A stretch of DNA of 64,000 bases from Eledone cirrhosa (GCA_964016885.1 OZ024743.1:154566001-154630000), one strand, 5' to 3'. Shown: positions 43,369 to 57,916, numbered from the stretch's first letter. Notes: a model not told the origin generated them from the letters alone. Made by a program: numbers and translations.

Positions 43369-43778
43369 TACATAAACGAGAAAGCTATTAGCGATACTCC
43401 GACAAGTTTCCAACTCACTCAACAAACATATTAGGAAATACCGGAGTATATTCCCAATTAAACGTTTGGGGTGGTAACTATATTGTATTGTGTGGATAAT
43501 TGGCTGTATTATTTTATATGATATATATTAAAGATCCAATTTCCGAAACGAATCGTTTCATTGTAAGATTTCAACATGGTGGGTGAAATTATACCAAATT
43601 ATGTAGAAAATTGTGTAAGTTCAATGGATTCGTTTGCAAGTGGGCTCTTACAAATCTTCAGAGGGTGCCCAATAATATTAACATTGTTAACCAAATTAAC
43701 ATCAATATTTAGCGATAATCACCATCAGTGCTAGAAGGAGCTATTAACTTGTAAGTCCAGCATTTCGAAAGAAAATCT

Positions 43779-43818
<40 letters not shown>

Positions 43819-44486
43819 ACTAATCGATCGAAATGATTCGATTTCGGTCCATGCTGTCTATGGCAGTAAATGCGACAGGCGACGCAGTCGTACATTAGCA
43901 ACTCAAATTTCTACGAGTCATCAAAATACCGTCAACCAATAGGCCACTGGTTAATACATGTATATAGAATGTAGGTGTCGAGATTCTATTCTTCAGCCCC
44001 TTCCATAGTAACTTAACCAACATATCTCAAGTCAAACACAAATTAACATGTGAGTTAAAAAATAGGTTATTAGAGAAAATATGGTTCGAATCGCTATACA
44101 ATAGGATTGAAGCATTAGGCTCTCGTCTGCAGATACTTTGGCGAATACGAACCGACAGTAAATAATGGTAGGGGCTAAAACCTTCCCGGACATAAACCAA
44201 ACAGTCAATTAGACAGAGATATCGAATTAGCGCAATGGTTAGAATTCGAATTCGGGATATTTCAGCCAACCACGTGCGTAAAACCGATCAATTTTACAAC
44301 TTGCAGGAGTCAATAGGTGAGTGAGAGAGGAAGGTAGAACAGGTATTAGAGCGTATATTAAACAAAAGACAGTAACATATGTGGAAAATTGCTCAGCTTA
44401 CTCTCATTGTGAATCTGCTAGTTGGGAGAAAATAATAATAATAGGTTGAGGTACATATATATATAATAATAGTAAATAATGATGCT

Positions 44487-47400
44487 TTCTTTATTAAGCA
44501 CAAGGGTCTACATAAAGTAGACATTAAGGACAATACAGGACAATACAGGACGGTACAAATGGGCATTTCTGCGTGTAAAAAAAACAGAGGATGAAATAAA
44601 AATAACAATGAAACATTCCTCAATAGGGGGGAGACCTCCGAAGGACATTTGTGGAGAAAGCCCATTAAAAGGCCACAGTGACCATGACCACCAGGGCAAG
44701 TGCCCTCTCCCAGTTTTTCACCTTTAATTTAAAGACACATACTCAAAGTAGTCCCATTCACTCGGGCCATACTTGCTTCTCTCACCCATCTTTCAACAAA
44801 ATGCTGGGAAGAGAGCACTTCCCTCTTTACCCTGATATACCTTTTCAAATGAAATTTGAAAAAGTTAATCAGGGCAACACCGAAGAAGTGAGTGCTCGTC
44901 TTCAGCCCTTTCAAACGTGTCCACCATACTATCTCTTTCGCCATGACCACCAGACAGATAAAAACTGTCTGCCCTTCCCAGCTAAAGGAAGAGGGCGGGG
45001 CAATCCTTTACGATGTACTCAGATGATAGCTGGATCCGTCCTACACGTGACAGCAGGTGTTCGAGATAAACCCACAAGTCAGCAATGCTCGTACACTGGA
45101 CGAGTACGTACATGACGGTTTCGTCACCCTGCGCGCATCTCGGACGTGCCCGGCTGACGGCACCTCCATGCCTGTAGAGTTTATCCCGAACTGGCAAAGC
45201 TCCTCAGTAGCACTGCCAGGCCAGGGATTTCTGGAAATTGTCCATTGTCCCCGGCCCGAAAGTTCTCCCGAAGTTGATTTTCGGCTAGTTGATTTTCGTC
45301 GACGCCTAGAGTTTCCCCAAGTACATCGTCACTCTTCCCCTCCACAAATCTTCTATAGAACGCCAAGGTGGAGTTTCCACCAATCACATTGCCCGATTGG
45401 TCGAGGGCTCTGAGCGCCTGAAGACATTCCAGTCTCCAAGCGCTCCCTCTCGGTCTTCGCTTGACCCAGCACTGCAGCTTCGTCAAGGAGACGAGGTGGG
45501 GAAAGAGGCGTCTAGCAAACGGCGACCACACCCGCTCACCGTCGAGGAAGAGGTGGAGATGTCGTGGCCTGAGCGCGTGTCCACGTAGCGGGTGTTGACA
45601 GCAGATGGACCGCCTGACCATCGGAGCGCGTGCCTTCCACTAAAAGCGTAAGAGCAAACGTTCCAGCGCAGTCAGGCGGGGCTTAGGACAAGATACGACG
45701 GTCAGATGGTAGTAGATGACGGACGCGATATACGCGTTAGCGAGCTCCGCTCGACCTCTCAGGGTTAGCTTCCTCTCCGCCTATTTCTGGGTGAGAGAAG
45801 CCACCCTGCTTGTCACCTCGTCCCAGTTTTTTTACCGGCTGGAGGTCCGGACAGAACCAGACCCCTAGCAATTTAACCGGTCCGTCCGTCCAGCGCAGCT
45901 GGGCGCTGTTGGATGTCATGGATCTGCCTCTCCTGGTGCCGAGCTGCAGGCCCACTGACTTTTCCTGTTTGATCATCGCTCCTGTCACCGCTTCTCTTAG
46001 TGTAGTGCCGATCACCTCGATGTGTTTGGGGTTCGAGACAAATACTGTGACATCGTCCGTATGTGCTGACACGGATCTTCCGCATCTTAGTTCGCGCGGG
46101 ACCCCCACAACGTCTCCAGTTTGTGCAGGAATGGTTCGAGAGTCAATACGTACATGGTGGACGAGAGGGGACATCATTGGCGGACCGAGCGCATGATGTT
46201 GACTCGTTCCAAAAGGTGACCGTTCACTCTCACCATAGAACCGATGTCGCTGTGCATGGCAGCGATCCTGCCTCTGAAGACGGGCCTAAAGCCACCCGCC
46301 CTCAGCAGTGCCGCTAGGTAACGATGGACGACCCTATCAAAAGCTTTCGACTGATCTAAATTGATCAATGACCCACCCGTGCCAGGTTGCCTAGCTACCC
46401 TCTCTACGATGTATCGCATGAGGTGGAGGTTGTCGTGGATGGATCTGTCGGGAATGGCGCATGTCTGCGCCTCTCCCACCTGACCACCAACGTCAAGTGC
46501 CAACCTCTTTGCTAGCACCTGGTCCCAAATCTTGATCTCTGTGTTTAGCAGAGTTATGGGCCTGAAATTATCTATGTTATCCCCCTTGTTCGGATCCTTT
46601 CTCAGCAGGGCCACAGCTCCTCGGCTCACAGAGCTGGGAATTCTCCCGTTCAGTTGCCTGTTGCAGTAGACGTCTGCCAAGAGGCCTCCGAACAAGTCTG
46701 ACATCTGTACGTAAAGTTCATAGGGCAGACCATCCAAACCAGGCGATTTACCCCTTGTGCAGCCAGGCATTGCCTCCCGTACTTCAGCGGCTGTTATCAA
46801 CTTTTCGCAAAACTCCGCCTCAATATCGAAGAGCCGCAGCAGTCCGTCGAGATAGACACTAAAGTCCATACCTCGATCCGGCCCGCCGCTGCACACGAAC
46901 AACTGAGCGAAGTGTTGCTGAAAAGCTTCACACATTTGCCCGGGATCGAGTAGCATGCGCCCGTCGTGGTCCACCAAAAACCGGATCGTGGCTTTGTTGC
47001 AACGACGCGACTCCGCCACTCGGGCCCATTGAACGGGTTTCGTCCCCTCGTGTCTGAGAGCACGCACCCTAGTTCTGACAACGCAGCTTTCGTGCTTGGC
47101 TTTGAAGAATTGGTCAAGGGCTAATTTCGCCGCAAGTACGTCGGTCGCGATGTTTTTGCTAAGCGCCTCGTTTAATTTTCTAACTAGTTCTCCCTCTGCT
47201 CTATTTTACTCTATTGCTAAAGCCTTACTAAACCTAATGTACTCCATTCTAATCGGTCTTTTCAGAGCAAACCACCACTTGTTGTTGAGGATGAACCCCG
47301 CGACGCCCGCATAACTAGTTGGCTAATCCGGTCTCTGTAGGCCTTGCACGCTGGTAAGGACGCGTTTAGCTTCCAGTAGCCTGGTTTTCGTCTATGAATC

Positions 47401-48560
47401 CTATCTAAGTGAAGAACACAGATCACGAATGTGTCGTCCGTGTAGCTGACTATCTTGAATTGTGGACAGCCTATGTAAGACCTATATATGTCCCTAAAAA
47501 GTACTATATATAGAAATTATCTGGATGACCTGATGCGGTTCGTCCAAGTCCACATTGGCACAATCGGGAAATCCAATCGGTACCTGTCAGACAGTTCAAA
47601 ACGCCTGAGCATGTTGGTGAGACTCTTGCAGCATTCGCCCCTATCCGCTAATCCCACACTGTCCCAGCGGGCATCTAAGATCCCGTTCCAGTCGCCCACT
47701 AACACTAAAGAGCGGGTGTTCCAAGAAAGGTCTCCAAACGCCGGAAGAAATCAGGCCGCCCTGCTCCTGTCGGGGCATAGACGGCCACTAGACTGAAAGC
47801 TTGCCCGTCTCTTGTGGTCACGTCCAGCACCACCAACTTACATTCTGGGTCAAGGAAGATGGTCCGTATGGCGAGATCCAAACCTCTCCGAAAAAGCACC
47901 GCAACCCCACCCCCGATCCAGGACGGCTGGGAGATGCGTACACATCGTAGCCGCCGAAGATCGGTGCGAAGACCTGTGCTTCTGATATTCTGGTCTCGCT
48001 GATGGACACTACATCTATGTTTAGTGACCTGAGGTCGTTGAGCAGGTGGCCCTGCTTCCATGACGACCCCAAGCCACGCGCATTTATGCTGCCTATTCTG
48101 AGTGAGGTCATGTTGAAATGGAGTTGAAAAGATGGGAAACACAACTTACCTTACTTCTCGTACAGGAAGGATGGTTTCACCATCCTTTTTACTGCTTGTG
48201 TCCTCCTCCGGAAGGATGTCCTTATAAATCCCCCTGGAGAGTGCCTGTCAGAAGTCTTTGGGGAATTTTTGTTTTAGTGTCGTGTACGTTTTCTGTGTGA
48301 TGCGAGTGATTTGTATGTGTGGTGGTGGTGTGAAGTTTTAGGTTGTTGTGTATTCTCTTTCTGTGTGCTGGTGTTGTGTTGGATGCAGTGTAATAATTTG
48401 TTGTTCAAATTTAATGCTGTGTAGTGTGTATCGTTTTGGTTGTTGTGTTTTGTTTGCGTTTGTTGTGGGTTTGTTTCTGTTTAGCTTTTTGGTGACTTTT
48501 GTGGTGTTGGTGATGGTGGTGTTGGGGTCAATGATGGTGATGGTGTTGGTGTTTGTGGTG
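44487..48560 (-). mobile_element. Degenerate Tx1/L1-like LINE (ORF1 tail, APE endonuclease, RT, zinc-binding domain)
   Basis: APE: IGSINARGL, VVSISETR, VAVYAP, LVGDWN. RT: GKSPGLDGLPYELY, NFRPITLLNTEIKI, LDQSKAFDRV, SVRQ, SAHTDDVT. C-terminal CPRC...ETVMYVLVQC. Multiple frameshifts. Confidence 0.9.
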
Positions 48561-48561
48561 A

Positions 48562-49517
48562 TAGAAAACACAGAAAAAGCAAAGCAGATAAAAGTAACTG
48601 CAAAGAAAGAACTGCTACAGAAACTGGCTAAGAAATGGCAAGAAAAGCCTCTGTATGGAAAATACCCAGAGCGAGCTAACAATCCTGATGTTGACAAAAC
48701 TTTAACCCATCAGTGGTTGGCATCCTCTGGACTGAAATCGGAGACTGAAGGACTGATTATATCGGCACAAGATCAGTGTCTGGCAACAAAAAATTACCAA
48801 GCCAACATAATAAAACACCATATTGACAAAGAGGAGGCTAGCCCACTGTGTAGGATATGTGTAGAGAGAGAGGAGACTGTGGCTCAAATTGTATCCGACT
48901 GTAATCACCTACCCAACTCACTATAAAGCCTGGAGACATTATGTGAATGGCAGGATGATCCACTGGCACCTATGCAAAGTAAATAATTTACAACATTATG
49001 AGAAGTGGTATGAGCATAAGCCAGAGTCGGCGATAGAAAACGATCAGGTGAAGGTGCTGTGGGATTTTCGGATACAGACGGACAAGAAACTGGAACACAA
49101 TAGAACTGACCTGGTGGCTTTGGACAAGGAAAAAAGATCGTGCCTGATTGTGGATGTGGCCTGCCCATTTGACACGAGAGTGCAAGGGAAGGAGAGGGAG
49201 AAGATTAACCGGTACCAGGACTGAAAATGGGAGGTAAAAAGGATTTGGAACTGCCATGAAGTCAAAGTGGTCCCGATTGTCATAGGCGCACTAGGGATAT
49301 CTCAAAAAGTTTCCAGAGATGGCTAAAGAAAATTGGCCCCGCCCCGCTTTTTGGATCACTTCAAAAGGCATGCTTGCTGGGAACAGCAAGAACCCTCCGA
49401 TACGTCCTGAATATCTGAGGCTGCAGGTAGTGGGTTGATATTCATTTCAACAAACTTTCCAGTTAACTAACATCAATGACTGAGACTCAAATAACAATTA
49501 TAATAATAATAATAATA
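48562..49517 (+). mobile_element. 3' part of R4/Dong-like LINE (CCHC + restriction-like endonuclease) ending in (TAA)n
   Basis: WQEKPLYGKY, LKSETEGLIISAQDQ, CRICVEREETVAQIVSDC and KVLWDFRIQTDKKLEHNRTDLV...IVDVACPFD. Tail taataataataat. Confidence 0.88.
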
Positions 49518-49982
49518 TCAGGTGAATCTGCTATGGGATTTTAGGATACAGACGGACAATAAATTAGAACGCAACAGGCCCGACATGCTGGTTTTGGACA
49601 AGGAAAAAGATCGTGCCTGATTGTAGATGTAGCTTGCCTATTTTACACGAGTACAAGAAAAGGAGAAGGGAGAATATTAACTGATACCAGGATTTAAATT
49701 GGGTGTTAACAGGGTATTGGAACTACCATGAAATCAAGATCGTAGCGATTGTCATAGGCGTACTAGGTATTATATCAAAGAGTTTCCAAGGATGATTTAA
49801 GAAGATTAGTCCAGTCCCGCTTTTTAGAACACTTCAAAGGCATGATTGCTGGAAACAGCAAAAACACTCCGATACGTCCTGAATATCTGAGGCTGCAGGT
49901 AACGGCTTGATATTCATTTCAACAAACTTTCCAGTTAAATAACATCAATGACTGAGACTCAAAGAACAATAATAATAATAAT
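49518..49982 (+). mobile_element. Second, more truncated and diverged R4/Dong-like 3' end in tandem
   Basis: Repeats 49045-49517 (caggtgaa...gggatttt.ggatacagacggacaa) and again ends in (AAT)n. Confidence 0.85.
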
Positions 49983-50108
49983 TGTTTCTACTTCAGGCAC
50001 AAGGTCAGCAATTACCCAGTACATTACTGCTACTTTATTTTACGACCCCGTATTATAATAATAATATGGAAAACGAAGAATCAGTGATGCATCGTAACAC
50101 AATTTATT

Positions 50109-50201
50109 ACGTATTACAATTGTTTCTCCGGCGAGCAGCTCGTGGTGCGATCTGTTTGTCGATCGAAACTGTCTCTGGACTCGCAAGTTCGTCAGATACG
50201 T
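50109..50201 (-). ncRNA. Type I hammerhead ribozyme in an unclassified non-coding insertion (about 50055-50480)
   Basis: acgtat CTGACGA acttgcgag...ctcgccgga GAAA caattg TA atacgt. Perfect 6-bp stem I, palindromic stem III ACAATTGT, GUA triplet. Confidence 0.85.
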
Positions 50202-50705
50202 GCAGTGATTTCGAAGCAAATCCTCATTCTGTTGGACTCCGATCCTTAGAATTTCTATCATCTGCCGTCATACTGTGTGCGTGGCCCTTCGATTGATTAA
50301 GAGTTCGAGACGTAACCTGTATTACTGACCATTCAAATCTGCCCACTGATCATTTCCATTCAGGCATGAGCTGTTACTCACCTTAATTCTGTCGCCAGAA
50401 TTACTGCTAGAGGGGCAAGGGGTTATGAACTGCCTTGCCAGTCCCTAGCTTGTCCGTCGCCCGACACAAATAGACCTACACACATATGTGGTCACGCATA
50501 GACATACATTTCGAGCTCCTGCTCGCACACTTATCTGTGCGTACATACACACACACACACACGCACACACATAGAGCATTCGCGTTTGCGTACGCAAGTA
50601 CAGCTGCATATATTCACACCTCATATATAGGTACATGCATAGACAGACATATGCACAAACGTACACATACACGTACACACAAACATACACATATCTATCC
50701 ATACA

Positions 50706-50767
<62 letters not shown>

Positions 50768-50940
50768 TGTACACCCATATATACACCCACGTACATATAC
50801 CCGGCGTACATATGCACTCATTTAGGGCTACTCAGAGACACACACACACACTCACACGCCCTCACACACACGCGCGCACACACACACATACACACCCATA
50901 CAGACACACACAAACACACACACACACATACACACACACG

Positions 50941-51006
<66 letters not shown>

Positions 51007-51032
51007 TATATATATATCATCCCTATGTGCAC

Positions 51033-51207
51033 TTTTTTTGTATTTTTACGTATTTCTTCATGTATATTTTTTTCTGTACGCACACGCACGTATGCACACA
51101 TATGAAAATAAATTGTACGAAACTACTTGTAAAGTACATTGAAATATGCATATGATGCTGTACACAAAGAAAATGTACATGAAGAAATACGTAAAAATAC
51201 AAAAAAA
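51033..51207. repeat. Inverted repeat with 32-bp perfect arms
   Basis: tttttttgtatttttacgtatttcttcatgta (51033-51064) pairs with tacatgaagaaatacgtaaaaatacaaaaaaa (51176-51207). Confidence 0.8.
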
Positions 51208-52884
51208 TACACAGAGGAGATACGTCACATGATGCACACAAAATCGCACATAGCGGTAATTAGTTATATGAAGACACACTTTTCATGCACGCGTTGAGTG
51301 AGTTGGCATTAGGTTGCTAACGTGAAATAATCCACTTAAATAAGCCTTATAAACAAATGGGAAGCTAATAGGAACCATGCAAATGATATACTTCAAGCAT
51401 ATTTAAACAATATATAAAAGTATGGTGCTGTGGCTGAAACAGAGTGTATTAGTGATGTGTGATACGGGAATTGAGTATACCCATGGAAATTAAACCGTCT
51501 CATGTTACCCACCATGTTACCCATCGCTATACTGGGTATCATGAAACCAAGATAACCTGTCAGATGGTTGGTTTGTCAGCTACCAAACCGGCAACACCAA
51601 TAAGTTTGTATGCTGAGGAGGGCGATTTTTGGGACACACTTTGGAATATAAATCCCATCAAATGGTGTAAACATTTTTGAGAGTCAACGTAGATCTATAT
51701 CTAAGGTGTGTTGATCACTGGGTTCGTGCAGGATCTAGTATACTTTGTTATCAATATTTCCAAAACGTTTGGCTGGTCCAACACAAGCCTTCACCACGGT
51801 AACCAATTTATTTTGTATGCAACTAAACTGTTCTACCAGTTCTGCCTATTTGACATACCACTGTTAACGTACAGCCGACTGGCGACCAGGAAAACCATAG
51901 CTGCAGATCGACACAGTGGCAACCATTTTGTGATGATCGTTCCTGCACAGAATATGTGCAATTTGTGCTGTTCATGGCCTCTGATGCTGATAAGCAGTCA
52001 TTTGAAGCATAGCACTGGTTTCCCTACACAGAGAGTGGGTGGTAAAGGATTCCTTAGTAAATGCTTGCTAAATCTTTAAAATTGGCAGTGAACCACGACT
52101 GTTTGTTCTCTAAATGCGTAGTTGAAACAAAACAAAGCATTTAAATTTTGTTTCAAGCAATACAAGAAAACCCCGGGACAGCAGTTCAAATTTGGAACGT
52201 AGATCAGCTCTCATCTGCAATACACACAATAGATACCTGTGTGATAAGTGAAAACCGCCTCCTAATGCATTCCAAATGAAAGAAGTAAGCTAATGGCAGA
52301 ATCTTACTGTGGCATAAAGCCTAGAGTCACCAGAGTAGCACATTAGTTAATCACGGGATAATATTTATCGGACCCACATTCTTGAGCTAGATATCTTCCA
52401 CAAAATCTGTCTTAATTCTATCTCTGTTTACGCACATCTGACAGAATCTCGAATTCGACTGTCACGCTATTCACGGGGTGCAACATCAGTGTGATTAAGG
52501 AATGTCTGATGCAATCTCAACTTCTCATATACTTGTGATGACCTACAGACAACGGGGGATTATTTGCTCTAGGCACTGATATACAGTAAATGTCCTAATG
52601 GTACACTTAATGATGTATTTTTTAATATGTGAACATACATCTTACTTCTTTTGAAGCCCGAGGTGCTGACCGAGGAAATGGAGAAATGTCTGCGATGAAG
52701 GTATGAACATTTTTGAAAAATCATTTTTGGTCCATATTCGTGATGTAAGATTTAACTCCAATATTCTACTCCGCTCAAAATCCTGTCATCTTCACTAAAC
52801 GCGACTTCATGTTTAACCTTTGAAGAAGTTGAACCCTCATACGACGAAATGTGATGGGAGAGTCCATTACATATATATAATTAT

Positions 52885-53070
52885 AATTGTTTCTACTTAT
52901 GGCACAAGGCCAGCAATTTCCCAGTGCATTACTGGTACTTTATTTTATCGACCCCGTAAGGATGAAAGGCAAAGTTATCCTCGGCGGGATTTGAATTCAG
53001 TCCGTAAAGGACGTAACTGTGCTGTAAAGCATGGCGTCCGACGACCTTCTATCGATACTGCCAATTCACC
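52885..53070 (-). mobile_element. tRNA-derived SINE, family A
   Basis: Near full-length family A match. Partial or degenerate copies also at about 49981-50052 and 56395-56540. Confidence 0.8.
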
Positions 53071-56000
53071 ATAATTATAATATTATTTAGACATTTGGCG
53101 GAATTGCCCAATGACAATTGCACCTTTGCTTTTCTATGGTTTTACTCGATTATATATAGTAATGAAAAAGCAAAATCAAATAACGAAACCAATTTGATTA
53201 CTCCGCAATAACTCACCCAGGTTGTCAGTATGTAAATATTTTATATCAATTTGATATTAAAAATATGTCCCGTGGATTAATTATATTAAATACCTTAGAC
53301 AGCATTACAAATAATAAAATATATCATGCATAAATCTATTGGCCGACATCTTCCAAAAATTGTATTGACTAATGAAATCAATATAGAGAAGAAAGACGGA
53401 TTATTCGATTGAACATTTACCAATATTTTCATTTAATAGTACAACTTTATGTGATGCACTCAATACAATGATTGTTTCCTTTTTTATTTTTCAGTCTTCC
53501 AGTCCTCGTTTCAGCTACTCTTAATTACCAAAGGCAAATACATGTGAGCTCTTTTACACACACTTACCCACATACACGCTTTCTTTCCTTCTATTTAAAT
53601 TCATAACTTGAAAATATTTTTCATCTCTCTTTCTATTTACTTTCCTATTCTATGCCAATGATTGATATTTCTTGTTCATCTGATGGCAATCTATCTGGAA
53701 AAACTATTTCATTATATACATCAATGATTGATTACTATTTTCTGACTGTCAGGTTGTGACCAGTGTCATATTGACGTATGTAAAAACAAGAGTAAACGAC
53801 TGCTTATCTATTGACAGCGATGTCGCCCGATAGAATATCCAAAGAAATTATAACAAAAACGAACATCAATGTCTTTCAAAATCATTTTAGAGACCGATCA
53901 GGAATCAAATTCTATTTTCAGTCGGCAAACTTCCTTCCAAACATGTTCAGTTCATGAGTAGTAACAACACTGACTCGCCCACTCTTAATATGATTGGTTG
54001 CAGGAAATGAAAATAATTTGTTTCTCTATGTTAAGCTGCTTTGCCACCCTTTCCCATTTTGATTGATATTGTTACTGCTTGCTATTTCAAGAGACAACGG
54101 TTTTGATTATATATTTATTTTTGCATTGTTGTCATCATCATTGCCATAACATTGTTAGATTGATGAACCGGATGCTCATGGTTCAACTTCATTAGCGCCC
54201 GTCGTTACATGAAATAATTTAAACAAATATACACATTTATATTTCGATTTCACTTTAACGATGTTAGAGGGATTGATATCATGTCTTTCATCATGGTGTC
54301 CAAGTAGACGGTATTGTTAATTACCCGTTTGTCGGTTCTCGTAATATGTTAGGTATCGGCATAGACACCAGATATTGGAATTAAAATATCGCCATTTTAG
54401 AACAATACGTTTGAAATGAATGTGTCTGCTATCAGTAGCACTTCAGAATCAAGTAGCAGCATTTTACATGCGAAATCCAATCGTGTAACAGTGCTCCAAA
54501 ATTGAATTGTTACACAAAGAATTTGTTTTTATGATTTCTAATTATAACCAAATACATCCATAATAATAACACTTTCAATTGCTACAACTTGTATACTTAT
54601 GTATGGACATATCAATATCATTACAAAACGTTTCATTTCTTTATCAAATCAATCCGAAGAGATAAAACGTTGATCCAGCCGCAGGGTTTGAACTAAGAAC
54701 GGAAAATGCTATAGATAACACTTAGTACATATATCTATTGATTCCGAAGGAAGACCGTCATTGAAACACATTTATAGTATTGATTTCTTCTTTAAACAGT
54801 GAAGTACAACAGTTGCCTAAATACCTCAATGCCATCACTATTTTCAAAAATAGGTGTCCAATTGGCAGTCATTAGAACAGCGGATGTAACGCATTAGTGT
54901 GTGCTCCGGAATTTCCACGATCGAAATTCAAACCCTATTGATGTCAACAATAATTTACATTTACCAGTCTAGGGAGGGTAATTTGAGAGATTGTTCAAGA
55001 TGGACAGAATGCTTTCTGCTTTCGTATTTGACACAGAGCGTTTTGATAGGGAATGGGATCAGTAGATACATCGGAAATGAATAAAACTACAATAAAGAAA
55101 GTTTACTAGTTTGATGTGACAATGGATTCCTTTTCGTTTTTGTAATCTACAAAGTATTACAGCTTCAGTGGGTGCAATGAATTAACGTTAAAGCTTTATT
55201 AGATATTTGAATTATGTTCTACATCTACAATTTTATTTCATTTGTAAAAAAAAAAGTTAAACAAATATTGACATGACTAAAGTTGGTTGCACATGCAGCC
55301 ATTGAAATACAATTATAATTTTAATAAAAGTTAAGTCTGTGTATTCAGCTAAATAGAAAAGAAACACATATTCTCAATCTTTCAAATATATAAATATTTT
55401 CAAAATAGAGAAGTAAAAATGAACGAAATGGAGAAAATACATAAAAAAGCCCGTATGTTTTTGCAGCAAGATATTACGGTAATTTACCCATATACTCCCC
55501 TGAAATAGCGCATTTCGGTTCCTCTTCAACATTCGCTACATCAACTAACTTAATATAAACCGTATTGCATTCGGTGTGTTGGGGTATTTTCGACAGGTTG
55601 CTTCCTCTTTTGCAGCCCATGCCACTATTTCTCTTTCCCCTCTACTCGTACCCACCAGTTAGTTTATCAGTTTCAGTTTCCTTTTCATTATAGATCTATG
55701 AATATTTAAGAATATGCAGTTATTTCTACAAAGTTATGCTCTGCTGTTTTATGCAGCTGGCAGAGTGCACATATTCAGCACTTCACACCTTCAAAGATTC
55801 TACCTTTTCGTACTCTCTGGAAACAGTTTTCGAGAAAAGTAATTTGCATTATTAGTTACACAAACAAAGTGACATATCCTGCTTCGATAATCAATCATAT
55901 TGATTTAAGCAAATTTAATGAATATATAAAATAATATAATATTTGCAAATTGGAAATAATATATTCTATTCACAGAGTCTCTTTTTGAAATTATATAATA

Positions 56001-57192
56001 TGTCAGTATTGGCAGATATGACATTTATTGTCATCTTGCGTTTATTATTCCCTAGCTTTGACCCATTTTTTATCAACTTTTTTAATATTTTAATATGCTC
56101 GAAACGCTATATGTTAATTTACATTTCTTTTCTTCTCAGTAATACTTTTAAAATGTTGTCAATGAAACAAAGAAATACTTTGACGCATTTCGACTTGAGA
56201 ATCTCATCTGAATTGGATTACATATCGCTTTCCCCAACATATGCAGCATAAAGATCTTTAATTAATGTCATCACTCGCAAACAAGAATGACATATCAACA
56301 CGTACTGTTTTCAGTAATTGTTTTAGCAACCGTCAACTAGAACATACAAAACCTAAGCAAACTCATCACCGCCCGGATGTGATAGCTGGCTGAAGATAAA
56401 ACTGCTGCATTATTGGAATTTTTACTATATTTATCAACTAGTAAAGGATGAAAGGCGAAGCTGACAGCGATGGGAATTTAGCCGACCCAAATAGTGCATT
56501 ACATTCGACATTCTAACTACACACTTAACCGACTGCCTCCGTTGTGGATTGACAAATTTAATTTTCTGTGATTGCAGTAATATGTTTCAGCTAACAGTTC
56601 TTGCTAAAAGTGTGAATCTATTCTGTAACTTCCCCTTCTATTGTGATAAAATTCCAGTGATTACAGAGGATAAATTGCACTGATTGAGGCAAGGTTTATA
56701 TCGTATCATTTGCAACATCATGATTTTCATCTCTCAACAAAGCGCAGTTTCTGAGAAAAGTATCAATGTTCAGTACAGTTCTCTTGTGTAAATAGTATAA
56801 ATATTGTTAGGTCGAAAAATTATTTTGTTCTCATAAAACGTGTGATGTTTAACGGTTAAAGTAGTGCATAAAGAAACAAAAGAATAAAAAAAAAACAAAT
56901 CAGCTTGTTTGGATAGCTTATTTTTCAACAAGGTCGTAGAGTTTCCATGACAAAGATAATAAATATAATTATCTTATGTGTTTCACTTAAATGAGGAATT
57001 TTTATATTGATTGTTCTAATTGTCTTAGCTTTATTTACTTTGGTATAAATTCTATTCCCGTATTTCCTTTTTTCATTTATTCATAAGATAAATTAGACAT
57101 ATTCATAAACATACTGACCTACGCATTATCACACCTATTTCTATGGACCCCCCCCCCCCACACACACATACACACACAAACAAACACACACA

Positions 57193-57272
<80 letters not shown>

Positions 57273-57571
57273 CATATACTATAAAGTATGTGCAATGAAT
57301 AATTTGGTAAGATATATACAGAATTTCCTCTCCCAATCGACATAATCAAGCACACAAAAAAACAATTAAACCAGGCTATAGGATTAAAAGGCACCTCTGA
57401 AGCAATAATAGATAAATAAACGACAGCCATCTATTCGCCATCAAGAGCTATAGAATATTTACCCAGCATTTCAATAGCACATGGAGATCGATTAAATTAA
57501 TCGTCAACCATACACAATTAGGTATAACATTAAAGTTAGAAGAAAAATGTATATAAGCATACCAGGATTAC

Positions 57572-57653
57572 GTTTCTACCCATTGGGGTTTCATTCAATG
57601 CTGGAAATATCCGATCATGGATAAATTCACGAGCTTTGAAATCATCAGGAAAC
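57572..57653 (-). ncRNA. Type I hammerhead ribozyme in a solo PLE-like terminal fragment (about 57270-57885) between (TA)n tracts
   Basis: gtttc CTGATGA tttca...tgaat GAAA ccc-caat-ggg TA gaaac. Perfect stem I, stem III with a 4-nt loop, extended stem II (gct/agc, tatcc/ggata). Confidence 0.88.
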
Positions 57654-57883
57654 AAACTCACTTGGACGAAGATTTTTCTTAAATGATCCCCGCCAGAAAC
57701 GTATTGAAAATGGCTAAGAACTGTGCCGTGGCAGTGGTCAAGTAAGAAAGAATACGATTGGTGCCTTACGGCGAGTGGGCTGGTTGCTAGAAAGCGCAGC
57801 CTAATATTGCCTAAATTTCATCTCAACCTTATGGGAGATTATCAAATATAAAGATTTTACATATACACAAACTAGACAAAGTC

Positions 57884-57916
<33 letters not shown>

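Noticed and set aside
43950-44002. Minus-strand CTGAAGA with atagaat/attctat stem and ACATGT palindrome
   Set aside because: GAAA box and stem I are missing.
51440-56300. Possible host exons or an old LINE in relatively unique sequence
   Set aside because: No ORF with recognisable motifs and no consistent splice pattern. RNA-seq or BLASTx would be needed.
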